Origin: a virus
Direction: 5' to 3' (one strand)
IMG/VR virus record: IMGVR_UViG_3300018432_000013
Location: 1 to 64,000 of that record
DNA length: 64,000 nucleotides
Made by a program: the position numbers and the translations under genes. How positions within the stretch are numbered: the first letter of the stretch is position 1; each line of letters starts with the position of its first letter. Shown piece by piece: positions 55,187 to 63,704 of this stretch. The notes below the pieces were generated by a model. The model was not told where the DNA came from and did no database searches. It saw only the letters and a program-made list of their open reading frames with translations.

Positions 55187-56767
55187 TCACCCGAGCACAC
55201 GAACTTCACCGCCCCGATGTTTCGCCGCGTACGCACGCGCAGCCTCACGCCCGATCCACTGCGCCATGAGGCAATCGCCGGTGTGCCCGTCTGGGGAGTA
55301 GTAGCGAGTCTCTTGCTCCCAAACTTGGACGTTCGGCTCGGTCACGAGCTGCGTCTCCCCGTTCACCACGCCAAGCTCACAAGGGATGAGCCAGCTTGCC
55401 GCCTCGAGCTCTCCAGCGAGCGATTCGACGCCGTACGCTCGCGAGTGCTTGTTCATGCCCGTGCGAAAGCCGCGCACAAGAATCTCCGGATAGTCTTCGG
55501 CGAGCCACTCAAGCAGGTACTGCTGCGCAGAGTTGTTCTCGACGAACATCCAGCTCCGATAGCGCGTCCAAACATCGACCACCTGCGCGATGATCTCCGG
55601 GCTCTTCCAGCGGCCGCGGCGAATGTTCAGAAGCTGCCGCGTCTGATCTGGCCAGAGCAGGAACGTGAAGAGCACGGTGTGATCGGCGGAGTCCTGCTTC
55701 GAGACGCCGAGGTCGATGCCCGTGAACGTGCGAAAGCCGGGCGCGAAGCGAAACGACTTCGGCCGCAGGTCCCAACTGAGCCCCTTTCTGCGCCAGTACT
55801 CAGGGCCTATCCAATGCACGAAGTCGCGCAGGCTCTTGAACATCGGATAGCCGAGCCCGCGCTGTTTGCACTTGTCGATCCACGCCTGTTGAAACCGCGC
55901 ATCCTCATCCGCATGCGCCTCGCACATCATCATGCGTGCGAACTCGGTCGGGCCGTACTCCTCCGTGCGCACCTTGTTGATGCGCTCCTTGGGCCAGCGC
56001 TGCGGAGACGCGAGGTTGCCCGCCGCATCCATCACCGGGTACTTCTTGGCAAGCCACCCTTGCCGCGCGAGCTCGTGCGCGAAGTCGTCCGGATGAAACG
56101 CGTTGGCGAGCACGATGACTTGCGACCGCTTCGAGAGGCGTGAGAACACCGAGGCGCGGATCCACGTCCCCGTCTTGTTGCGCTGGTACGCCGTGCGCGT
56201 GTTCTCTTCGACCAGCACGTCGTCGATGATGACCACGTCGAGACGCGCGCCCTGCACTGCGCCGTTCGGCGAGACCGCCTGCACCGACGGATCCTTGATG
56301 ATGCCGGGACGCGCGATGGTGATCGCGTGGTCGGTCCACATCACACCCCGGCGCAAGTCCGGAAAGATGTGATGCAGGGTCGCGTTCGTCTCGATGTGCC
56401 GGCGCAACGAGGCGATGATCTTCTTCACCTGCTTCTCAGCCGCCGCGAGGATGGCGATACGCAGGCGAGGATTACGGCCGAGCAGCCAGAGCACCCGGCC
56501 GACCGAGAACTGCTGGCTCTTGCCCGACTCGGGGAACGCCCAGATGACCATGTTGCGGCCCGTGTCCGCCGTCCCATGCCACTCGTAGTGCATGGGCAGC
56601 ATCTCGATCGGGTCGCCGGTCTCCTCGTCCTTGAGCGTGAGCTCGCAGAACAGCGCGCAGTCCTCGCGCGCAAGCTCCAGCAGGCTCGCGTACGCCGCCT
56701 GCGCCTGCTTTACCTCAGCGGCCCGATCGTAGGTCGGATCGCCGCTCTGCATGCTCCTGGCCCCCAC
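55187..56767 (-). CDS. terL: terminase large subunit
   Basis: PESGKS Walker A, GARLDVVIIDD Walker B, GIDLG, VENNSAQ, HTGDCLMA; start 56767 or 56752. Confidence 0.92.
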   Translation of the reverse strand: MGARSMQSGDPTYDRAAEVKQAQAAYASLLELAREDCALFCELTLKDEETGDPIEMLPMHYEWHGTADTGRNMVIWAFPESGKSQQFSVGRVLWLLGRNPRLRIAILAAAEKQVKKIIASLRRHIETNATLHHIFPDLRRGVMWTDHAITIARPGIIKDPSVQAVSPNGAVQGARLDVVIIDDVLVEENTRTAYQRNKTGTWIRASVFSRLSKRSQVIVLANAFHPDDFAHELARQGWLAKKYPVMDAAGNLASPQRWPKERINKVRTEEYGPTEFARMMMCEAHADEDARFQQAWIDKCKQRGLGYPMFKSLRDFVHWIGPEYWRRKGLSWDLRPKSFRFAPGFRTFTGIDLGVSKQDSADHTVLFTFLLWPDQTRQLLNIRRGRWKSPEIIAQVVDVWTRYRSWMFVENNSAQQYLLEWLAEDYPEILVRGFRTGMNKHSRAYGVESLAGELEAASWLIPCELGVVNGETQLVTEPNVQVWEQETRYYSPDGHTGDCLMAQWIGREAARAYAAKHRGGEVRVLG

Positions 56768-56823
56768 GGGGCCGAGAGTATCACGAACGACTCCGCTGGC
56801 CGCAACGGGCTAGGTGAGCCGGC

Positions 56824-57144
56824 TCAGTGCACCGAATCGTCGTCTGGAGGCTGGGCCGGGGCCAGCTCAGGCGCGACCAGTCCGAGCGCAACCATGTTCT
56901 CGTGCATGCCTCGGACCATCTCCTCGTTCTCTGCCACCCGCAGGACCTCCTCGCAGATCTCCTCAAACGAATAGTCGGTGTGGTGCACCAACAGGCCTCC
57001 GAGCAGCCCGTGCACGTGCAGCAGCACGTTGGGCGTGATGCCCTTCTGCGGATCGGCCATCAACCGAAGGATCTCCTCAAACGCGATGGCCGCCCGCGCA
57101 GCCGCTTCCACGTGATCTTCGCCGCAGTCTTTACACGCTGCCAT
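56824..57144 (-). CDS. hypothetical protein (N-terminal CxxC..H)
   Basis: GGAGG SD; MAACKDCGEDH. Confidence 0.65.
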   Translation of the reverse strand: MAACKDCGEDHVEAAARAAIAFEEILRLMADPQKGITPNVLLHVHGLLGGLLVHHTDYSFEEICEEVLRVAENEEMVRGMHENMVALGLVAPELAPAQPPDDDSVH

Positions 57145-57841
57145 GGACCTGCGCCTCCTCCGGGTAACAAACAATGAGATGAGAGCAGGGCCTCTTTTCG
57201 CCGTACATCAAACACGCACTCTTGGTCGGTGGTAGGTCAAGCACGGGCCTTCGTTCTTCCTTCACGAGCGCCATGTAATCGATGAGCTGCGAGCGCGCGC
57301 GTAGCACGCGTGTCGCATCGTCCATGGAGATCTCCGTCTCCACCGGCCGCAGATCGATGGGCTCTGTGCGCTTGTAATAAAGCCACTGCGCCGTGCAGGT
57401 CGTCGTCCCGTAGTGCCTCATCGCGAAGAACGCGTAGATGCAGGCCTGCAGGTTCGTGCGCAGGCGTGGTGCAGTCAGCGCGAATCGATAGTGATCCACC
57501 GTCTTGTGATCGACCACGATGGGCCCGCAGGGAGCAATCCACATCAAGTCGGGCTTCAACCGAAAGCCATGCGCTCCGTACGTGACCACCTCGTCCTGCT
57601 CGATACAGGGGGCGTCCGCAAGCGTCGGGAAGTAGTCGCGCGCGAGCGCAGCAAGCCGCCCCATGGGCTTGGTCAAATCAAACTCGATGCCGTAGCGCAC
57701 GTAGTTCTCGACGTGCGCATGAAGATCGTCGCCATCCTCTTGCGGCTTGCCGCGCGTCTCGTGCCGCCCGCCGTACGCGCTCCACGCCCACTTCCGAACG
57801 CACTCCTCGGCTGTCTTGACCTGGCTGTAGGAGGTAATCAC
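57131..57841 (-). CDS. PD-(D/E)XK Cas4/RecB-like nuclease with probable Fe-S cluster
   Basis: SYSQV..CVRKW, GDDLH, PDL..VVDHKT, QACIY, three C-terminal Cys. Confidence 0.85.
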   Translation of the reverse strand: MITSYSQVKTAEECVRKWAWSAYGGRHETRGKPQEDGDDLHAHVENYVRYGIEFDLTKPMGRLAALARDYFPTLADAPCIEQDEVVTYGAHGFRLKPDLMWIAPCGPIVVDHKTVDHYRFALTAPRLRTNLQACIYAFFAMRHYGTTTCTAQWLYYKRTEPIDLRPVETEISMDDATRVLRARSQLIDYMALVKEERRPVLDLPPTKSACLMYGEKRPCSHLIVCYPEEAQVHGSV

Positions 57842-58137
57842 GCGTGTTGCCTCAGCTGTGCTCGGTGGAGACCCGTATCCAACGCAGCCCCGTCTTGCGG
57901 CAGGACGGCGTATGACACGAGGCACTGCGTTATCTGCCGTGGCACTTGCAGTCCAGCCCGCACAACGCGAACCCGTGATTTCCGCAGCCCGCATTCGCGT
58001 CGGTGAGCAACTATCCACAGATACTGATTGGGAAACGGCCATGCTGACAAGCATTCCGCATCTAACCAACGCAACTTAGGTGCGCGAGAGCACACCCATC
58101 CAGCAGGTCGGTACCCTCGATCGATCGCCACGTTCAC
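57838..58137 (-). CDS. hypothetical protein
   Basis: Motif AGGCACCAAC (58145-58154) 7 nt upstream; GTGA coupling to nuclease. Confidence 0.5.
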   Translation of the reverse strand: MNVAIDRGYRPAGWVCSRAPKLRWLDAECLSAWPFPNQYLWIVAHRRECGLRKSRVRVVRAGLQVPRQITQCLVSYAVLPQDGAALDTGLHRAQLRQHA

Positions 58138-58183
58138 AATCTAGGTTGGTGCCTCGTTACACGTCTGCTTGACGGCTGTCAGC

Positions 58184-58504
58184 TCACAAACCTTGACGTA
58201 CGTGGGCCAAAAGCTCGTTCGAGCGCACGATCCCGAGCTGCGCCGCGACCGCGACGAACTCCCGCGCGGTGAGGCGCGGACGCGCGCGCAGCGGCGGGTT
58301 TTGGGATGCGAAACCCGACGAAACGGGAGCTGCAACAGCCTTCGACGCCTTTCGAACGGCTGATGCCGCCTCAGAACGAACGACGTACACGTAATTCTGT
58401 GACAACAAAACCCCGCGCGCTAAAGCACGGTCAACGATCTCCCGCGCGGAGAGTTTCTTCGGGCAGCTGAGAATGAACTGCCTCTTCGAGAGGGTACTTT
58501 TCAT
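58184..58504 (-). CDS. small basic putative DNA-binding protein
   Basis: SKRQFILS..LSAREIVDRA..LSQNYVYVVRS. Confidence 0.65.
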   Translation of the reverse strand: MKSTLSKRQFILSCPKKLSAREIVDRALARGVLLSQNYVYVVRSEAASAVRKASKAVAAPVSSGFASQNPPLRARPRLTAREFVAVAAQLGIVRSNELLAHVRQGL

Positions 58505-58519
58505 AGGGCGGCACTCTAC

Positions 58520-58729
58520 CTAGAGCCGCGACTCGCCCCCACCGTTTTGTGCACGTTGCGCGCAGAGCGCTTCGATTCGTACCGCTGCGTCTTCCTTAGC
58601 GCGCGCCGCCTCAATCTGCGCCGCACTCTGAAACGCGACGAACATCAGGTGCTGCGCCTCCTGACGCAAATCCGCAGCGAGCTTCGTAAACGGATCTCCA
58701 CTCTCCAGCCCGATCAACATGGCTCTCAA
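58520..58729 (-). CDS. hypothetical protein
   Basis: Coupled to upstream ORF. Confidence 0.55.
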   Translation of the reverse strand: MRAMLIGLESGDPFTKLAADLRQEAQHLMFVAFQSAAQIEAARAKEDAAVRIEALCAQRAQNGGGESRL

Positions 58730-58998
58730 CCTCCCTCTTCGTCAGGCTCATCAGGCAACTCGCGCAGAAACACGAGGAGCTTGGCCGCGTTCACCGGCCC
58801 AAGCCCCACCTCGAACCGAAAGAGATACTGATCGGTGTCTTCCTCGACCAGGGCGTGGCCCTCAGGTGTCGTGACAACGTCACCGAGCTGCAGGTCAAAT
58901 CGAACGACCTCGAACGCCAGACGCTCTGCGTCACCGGCGACAACGAGCTCGTCGAGCTGCTTTCTCATGGCCTGATGCTGATCGCTGTAGAAGGGCAT
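58726..58998 (-). CDS. acidic hypothetical protein
   Basis: GGGCACCAAC (59007-59016) 8 nt before ATG. Confidence 0.7.
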   Translation of the reverse strand: MPFYSDQHQAMRKQLDELVVAGDAERLAFEVVRFDLQLGDVVTTPEGHALVEEDTDQYLFRFEVGLGPVNAAKLLVFLRELPDEPDEEGG

Positions 58999-59035
58999 TA
59001 CTGCAGGTTGGTGCCCGAGATCACGGCCGACTGAG

Positions 59036-59085
59036 AAAAAAAAGAGAGGGCGATGCGGAGCGCCGACAGCCGCATCACCCTCTCT
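59036..59085 (-). terminator. strong intrinsic terminator
   Basis: AGAGAGGGTGATGCGG...CCGCATCGCCCTCTCT then T-run. Confidence 0.85.
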
Positions 59086-59103
59086 CCCTCAGGGAAATGA
59101 GGC
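59036..59103 (-). ncRNA. candidate ~68-nt small RNA
   Basis: TGGTAGAGT -10 at 59110-59118; CCTCA-TTTCCC-TGAGG hairpin; terminator. Confidence 0.4.
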
Positions 59104-59155
59104 AGGCAAACTCTACCACCTACCACCTACCAAGCACCCCGCACCTGAGCCCCCA

Positions 59156-59737
59156 TCAAACCTTCGGCTCGTACGGCTCCCAGCGATCCGTATCGAGCAG
59201 CGGTTCGATTTCGATGTGACTCACGGCCGGAAAGCCTAGCGTCTCCGGCGAGGCCAAGGATCGCACCTCTCCAAGCGGACCGTAGGTTCCGTCTTCAAGC
59301 CGCGTGAGCAGAACATGGTCGTTGGGATAGGCCCATTCGAGTCTCCGCACCGCCACCACGTCACGCGCCATCAACTCCCGAAGCGTCATGCCTGCCTCCT
59401 CTCGATCGAGCTCTGCGATCACCTCTGCACCCGGCATCACGAAGCGCGGCGCAGCAACGAGCCCAGACTGCGCTCGATACGTCGCAAGCGTGCGAAGGCG
59501 CGCAAGCTTCAAACGCGCACGTTCAAGCTGCTGACGCGCCGCCGCAAGCTCTTCGAGCAGCTCAAGAACATCATCGGCCAGGTCGAGGCGAAAGAAGTCT
59601 TCAAGGTCGGTAACCAGGCGCTCCAGATCGACCTCGCTGCGGGTGGCAGAGACGGTGATCTCCGGATCGATACGGCTATACGCGTAGCGCGCCGCCTCCG
59701 CGCGCTGCCGCAAAGCAACCAGTAGGCTCTGCTTCAT
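59156..59737 (-). CDS. hypothetical protein
   Basis: TGATG coupling. Confidence 0.7.
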   Translation of the reverse strand: MKQSLLVALRQRAEAARYAYSRIDPEITVSATRSEVDLERLVTDLEDFFRLDLADDVLELLEELAAARQQLERARLKLARLRTLATYRAQSGLVAAPRFVMPGAEVIAELDREEAGMTLRELMARDVVAVRRLEWAYPNDHVLLTRLEDGTYGPLGEVRSLASPETLGFPAVSHIEIEPLLDTDRWEPYEPKV

Positions 59738-59946
59738 CAGCCCTCCTGCCTGGCCTGCCGCATCCTGCGCAGCTCCTGCACGGCCTCATCCGCGGCATCC
59801 TGGGCGCCGTACGCCGCGAGCGACGTCGCTGCCTCCGACTCACCGCCCCGCTGCTCACGATACTTGAGCTTGAGCGCCACGAACGCAGTCGCGTACGCGC
59901 ATTCCCAGACTCGTTCCTCGTTGTCGCACCGCAACTCGGGCAGCAT
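59737..59946 (-). CDS. hypothetical protein
   Basis: GGGCACTAAC (59954-59963) 7 nt before ATG 59946. Confidence 0.65.
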   Translation of the reverse strand: MLPELRCDNEERVWECAYATAFVALKLKYREQRGGESEAATSLAAYGAQDAADEAVQELRRMRQARQEG

Positions 59947-60003
59947 GCGAAAGGTTAGTGCCCGATCTCGTTCCGAGTCGGCTCTTGCTTTCCAAAGCAC
60001 CGT

Positions 60004-60681
60004 TCAGCCGCGGATGTCGATCACCCGACTTGCCTTGTTTTGCAGGCTCAAACGCTCACGCGCCGGCCCTGTCTCGATCGCCTCCATTTGGGGACGTTCA
60101 CTGCGGTGCCGCTCCGTCTCACTCTGCACGGCTTTGATGTACCGGCTAAGCCGGGTGCGCACATCAGGGTGGTGGGTGATCTGCTCATTCTCGAGCGCCG
60201 ACTCCGGCAAGAACGTCACGAGCTTGCTGTCGGTCGGGTCGGTGACCGCGAGCGCCACGCGCCCAAAGAAGTGCACAGCCCAAACGTGTCCATTGTCACG
60301 CGCGAACAGGAACTCTGCCCGGCCGTAGCTAATCAAGCCCATCACATGCTGCAGGGTCCGATAGGCTATCGACTCGCTCACGTGATGGCGCTCGACAAGC
60401 ATCTGGTAGGCGTGCGCGGTGAACCAGGTCCGCTCCTGCGGCGCGTGATCGGCAAAGTTATAGCGCCCGACCTGGAAACCTTCCGGAATCTTCACCACCC
60501 CCGTCGCAGACGGCGACGCAGGTGCAGCAGCTACCTCCACCACCGCAACCGGCGCGGTCACCGCGCTCGCCGTCACCGCAGGCGCGGCCGCCACAGACGC
60601 GCTCTTCAACAACAGACGTTCAGCCACTTTGCCGGCCTGAACCAACAATCCGAGCAGCTCGCGCGTATCGTCATCGAGCAT
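60004..60681 (-). CDS. hypothetical protein with FTAHAYQMLVERH..LVTFLP domain (DUF4258/RelE-like)
   Basis: GGAGG SD; T.HA..R and VT.L pattern. Confidence 0.6.
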   Translation of the reverse strand: MLDDDTRELLGLLVQAGKVAERLLLKSASVAAAPAVTASAVTAPVAVVEVAAAPASPSATGVVKIPEGFQVGRYNFADHAPQERTWFTAHAYQMLVERHHVSESIAYRTLQHVMGLISYGRAEFLFARDNGHVWAVHFFGRVALAVTDPTDSKLVTFLPESALENEQITHHPDVRTRLSRYIKAVQSETERHRSERPQMEAIETGPARERLSLQNKASRVIDIRG

Positions 60682-60760
60682 CGGCGCCTCCCTCTTCTTT
60701 CACGCACTAGCCTGCGACAGGCTTGCGCCAGAGCTCAATAGAAGAGCGCCCTACCTACCC

Positions 60761-61129
60761 TCAGCGCCCTTCCGCTTCCCGCGAAGCCGCCTCGTACACG
60801 AGCTCAAGCACCACGTCCGCCTTCAGCCCGAGCACGTGCGAGACCCCAAACACGTGCGCCAGGAGCCGCTCGCGCTCCGCAGCATCAGGCGCGAGCGCCT
60901 TCGCCCGCTCCCACACCCCGTCGACGATGCGCGGGCCGTGTCCGAGCTCGTAGAAGCGCTTGGGCGGCTTCGGTTCGTCGAGCGCTGCGAACACAGCGTC
61001 GATAAGGCGGCCCCAGTACTCCTGCACGGGCTCGCCAAGGGGCTGATCGGCCACGTAGGCGGGGTAGGTCCGCGCAGCCCTCTCCGCGGCCGCACAGGCC
61101 CGCTCACGCTGCGCGGCCGGAAACTTCAC
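60761..61129 (-). CDS. hypothetical protein
   Basis: AGGAG SD. Confidence 0.65.
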   Translation of the reverse strand: MKFPAAQRERACAAAERAARTYPAYVADQPLGEPVQEYWGRLIDAVFAALDEPKPPKRFYELGHGPRIVDGVWERAKALAPDAAERERLLAHVFGVSHVLGLKADVVLELVYEAASREAEGR

Positions 61130-61283
61130 GACTTCTCCTGCGTCTGTGCCAACGAAACGAGCATGCCAGCAATCCGCAGAGGCCTACAAGATGCGGCACC
61201 CATGCCGGCACCCAGCCAAACGCCCACGCAAACAGCGACGTCCAGGCGACGTACGAGCCAACGCGGATGGCTCGATCAAGCAC
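61104..61283 (-). CDS. small two-TM membrane protein
   Basis: YVAWTSLFAWAFGWV..LVGLCGLLACSF then basic tail. Confidence 0.5.
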   Translation of the reverse strand: MLDRAIRVGSYVAWTSLFAWAFGWVPAWVPHLVGLCGLLACSFRWHRRRRSREVSGRAA

Positions 61284-61467
61284 GATGCCCGGTCTCCTTC
61301 CGGATGAGCGCAGCAAGCACCCGAGCGCGCGCTTCTGCCTCTTCATCGGTTGCGAACGGGCCGTACTCCGCCGAGCGCTCACCGTTGATGTCCACAATGA
61401 CAAACACCTGCGAGCCACGCCGCTCAAACCCGGTCTGCACCCGCAGCCGGATGACCCCTTCATTCAT
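61276..61467 (-). CDS. small protein with YGPFATDEEAE motif
   Basis: AAGGAG SD before ATG 61467. Confidence 0.6.
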   Translation of the reverse strand: MNEGVIRLRVQTGFERRGSQVFVIVDINGERSAEYGPFATDEEAEARARVLAALIRKETGHRA

Positions 61468-62392
61468 GCGGCCGCTCCTTTCCAAAGCCGAGCTTCGTGG
61501 GCCGTACGACCTGCGGCCCCTCGCCGCGATAGAACGGCAAGATCCAGCGCTCGCGATGCTGGCTCCACTTCGGGCCGTACGCCTGGTTGCGCCAGTGGCC
61601 GCGCACGAGCACCTGCACGTTCTGCGGTCCCCGTGTCGTCTCGCCGCGCACGAAGTCTCGCACCGATGCCCGGCAGTCGATGCGGAGCGGATGCCCGAGC
61701 TGCGCTGTGTTGGGTCGCATGGCGCCGTGCTTCTCCCGACCGGCACGAAGCGGAAAGGCATCGCGCTTCTCAGAGCGCGCACCAGCAATCGCGAGCACGA
61801 CCCCTGCAACCAAGCGCGTGATCATCGCCCAGAGCCGCTGCTCTTGATCGCCGCTGTAGAGCGACTCGAGCTCGGGTGTCAGGTTGACGTGATCAAGCCC
61901 TTGCCCAACACGCGCCTGCTCTTCTGCGCTGAACATCCCGACCAAACTCTCGAACGTGTTGACACCCCACGACTGACCGTCGAGATACCCGAAGCTCAAC
62001 GTGTGATGCTGGTACTTCCCAATGCGTGTCGCATACGCGGGGATCTTGGTGACGAACACGCGCGTCACTTCGCCGTGCGACGAATAGAGCACCTTCGGCG
62101 GCACGCAAATCTCGAACGCAGGCCAAGGAAGATCCTGCCCTTCGAGCGCGCCGTGCACGTCTGACGCCATCAACGCGGCTGCGTACGTATCCGGCATGAC
62201 GACGCTCTGCGCACCCCAGACCGCCCACTGCTGCATCAACATCAGCGTGTTGCGATCAACCGCCTGGGACGTCACCTGGTAAGCCTCGTAGAAGTTGTCC
62301 TCGGACGCAGCCAACCAGTGGGCGAACTTGAGAAAGTTCGGGCGCGTCACCTGCGCGACAGAAACCTGTTCAGCGTGCAGCACGCGACTCAT
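61460..62392 (-). CDS. hypothetical protein with C-terminal VRGHWR..WI.P..RG motif
   Basis: Motif recurrent in phage proteins; ATGA coupling. Confidence 0.75.
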   Translation of the reverse strand: MSRVLHAEQVSVAQVTRPNFLKFAHWLAASEDNFYEAYQVTSQAVDRNTLMLMQQWAVWGAQSVVMPDTYAAALMASDVHGALEGQDLPWPAFEICVPPKVLYSSHGEVTRVFVTKIPAYATRIGKYQHHTLSFGYLDGQSWGVNTFESLVGMFSAEEQARVGQGLDHVNLTPELESLYSGDQEQRLWAMITRLVAGVVLAIAGARSEKRDAFPLRAGREKHGAMRPNTAQLGHPLRIDCRASVRDFVRGETTRGPQNVQVLVRGHWRNQAYGPKWSQHRERWILPFYRGEGPQVVRPTKLGFGKERPHE

Positions 62393-62694
62393 CCCTGAAA
62401 GCCGCGCAACGGCGTCGCAGCATCCGCCTCGCAATGACAAGTGCGCAGCGACTCACCGAGGTTTTCAAAGAAATCGGCGGCAAGCAGCTCTGCCTCGAGA
62501 AACATCGCCTGGCCGCGCGACATGATCCGGGTGGTCCCATAGTTACCGGAGTCGGTAGAAACTTCAAACCACGGCTCGTCCTTCACGAGGTACACGCGGA
62601 TGGAAATCCCCGCGAGCACGTCGAGCGTCCAGAACGGTTCCTCACTAGGCTCAAACGGATCGCAACGCACCCACTTCTCTCCGATGATCTTCAT
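62389..62694 (-). CDS. hypothetical protein
   Basis: ATGA coupling on both ends. Confidence 0.65.
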   Translation of the reverse strand: MKIIGEKWVRCDPFEPSEEPFWTLDVLAGISIRVYLVKDEPWFEVSTDSGNYGTTRIMSRGQAMFLEAELLAADFFENLGESLRTCHCEADAATPLRGFQG

Positions 62695-63029
62695 GATGAG
62701 CGCCCCTTTTTCCAGGCTTCGATGTGCGCTCGACGCGCGGCCTTCTCTGCAGCCGTTGGCGGCTTCCATTTCCCGCAATCACACGCGACCAACTGCTCTG
62801 GATCTTGACCGAATGTTGCGATGCCAGCACGGCTCGTTCCACTGCCGTGCGCAAGCGTCACCGTAACGAGATCGAGCTCCACCACGTGCGCGTAGTCGAT
62901 GATGCAGTAGTGAAACTCCGGATCCTCTGTGGAGCGCCAGCACCTGTAAGCCGGATACTTGCGCGCAACAGTCTTCACTGCCTCCGGGTACGCTGCGATC
63001 TCCACTTCCCACTCGCTGTCGTCCGTCAC
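62691..63029 (-). CDS. hypothetical protein
   Basis: GGGGAGG SD. Confidence 0.65.
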   Translation of the reverse strand: MTDDSEWEVEIAAYPEAVKTVARKYPAYRCWRSTEDPEFHYCIIDYAHVVELDLVTVTLAHGSGTSRAGIATFGQDPEQLVACDCGKWKPPTAAEKAARRAHIEAWKKGRSS

Positions 63030-63056
63030 AGTCGCCTCCCCGGGTGAGCTCAGCGT

Positions 63057-63497
63057 TTATAACGACTCCGGATCTCGCGGCAAACCAGCAGCAAACTCCT
63101 GGATCGCGCGCAGCAGGTTCTCCGCAGACACCGCGCGCTTCTCCATCGCGACCAGCTTCCGCCGCAACGTCGCATTCTCCAGCGCGTCGGGTGCGTCAAG
63201 CCTGGACCGGCGCTCCCCAGGGACGATCCCCATTTGGTGCTCAAGTGCGCCTGAAAGCTGGCGCAGCACATGAACCGCGTGCTTGAGCGATGCGAGCTGC
63301 GCGTCCTCAAGCGAAGGCTGGCTCATCGAGCACGTCGTCGACGCCTCGGTCGCCTGTTTGCCGAACCAAAGCTCGACGCGATGCGTCGTCTCACGCCCCG
63401 AGATCGCCCCCGGGTACTCGTACAGCTCAAGCCGCACGAGGTTGCCGTATCGGTAGACCCAGCGCTGCTCCGGGCCATCCTGCTTCATCCACGCCAT
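63057..63497 (-). CDS. hypothetical protein with coiled-coil end
   Basis: ORF in operon. Confidence 0.65.
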   Translation of the reverse strand: MAWMKQDGPEQRWVYRYGNLVRLELYEYPGAISGRETTHRVELWFGKQATEASTTCSMSQPSLEDAQLASLKHAVHVLRQLSGALEHQMGIVPGERRSRLDAPDALENATLRRKLVAMEKRAVSAENLLRAIQEFAAGLPRDPESL

Positions 63498-63499
63498 GC

Positions 63500-63697
63500 T
63501 CAGCGCACCTTCGTGGCTTGGTCGATCAGCCCGTGAAACGTGCCTGCGCAGAGCGGGCAGAGGTCCACGGTGGGCAGCACACCCGGCGCAAACAAACCCT
63601 CAACCAGCGCCTTCAGCTCGACACGCACCACGGCGGACGCGTCGCCCGAGAGCACATGCGCGCACGGCCGCACGCCTAGATTCGAAGGCTTGGTCAT
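63500..63697 (-). CDS. small zinc-ribbon-like protein
   Basis: PCAH...DLCPLC; AAGGA SD. Confidence 0.55.
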   Translation of the reverse strand: MTKPSNLGVRPCAHVLSGDASAVVRVELKALVEGLFAPGVLPTVDLCPLCAGTFHGLIDQATKVR

Positions 63698-63704
63698 GGA
63701 TCCT

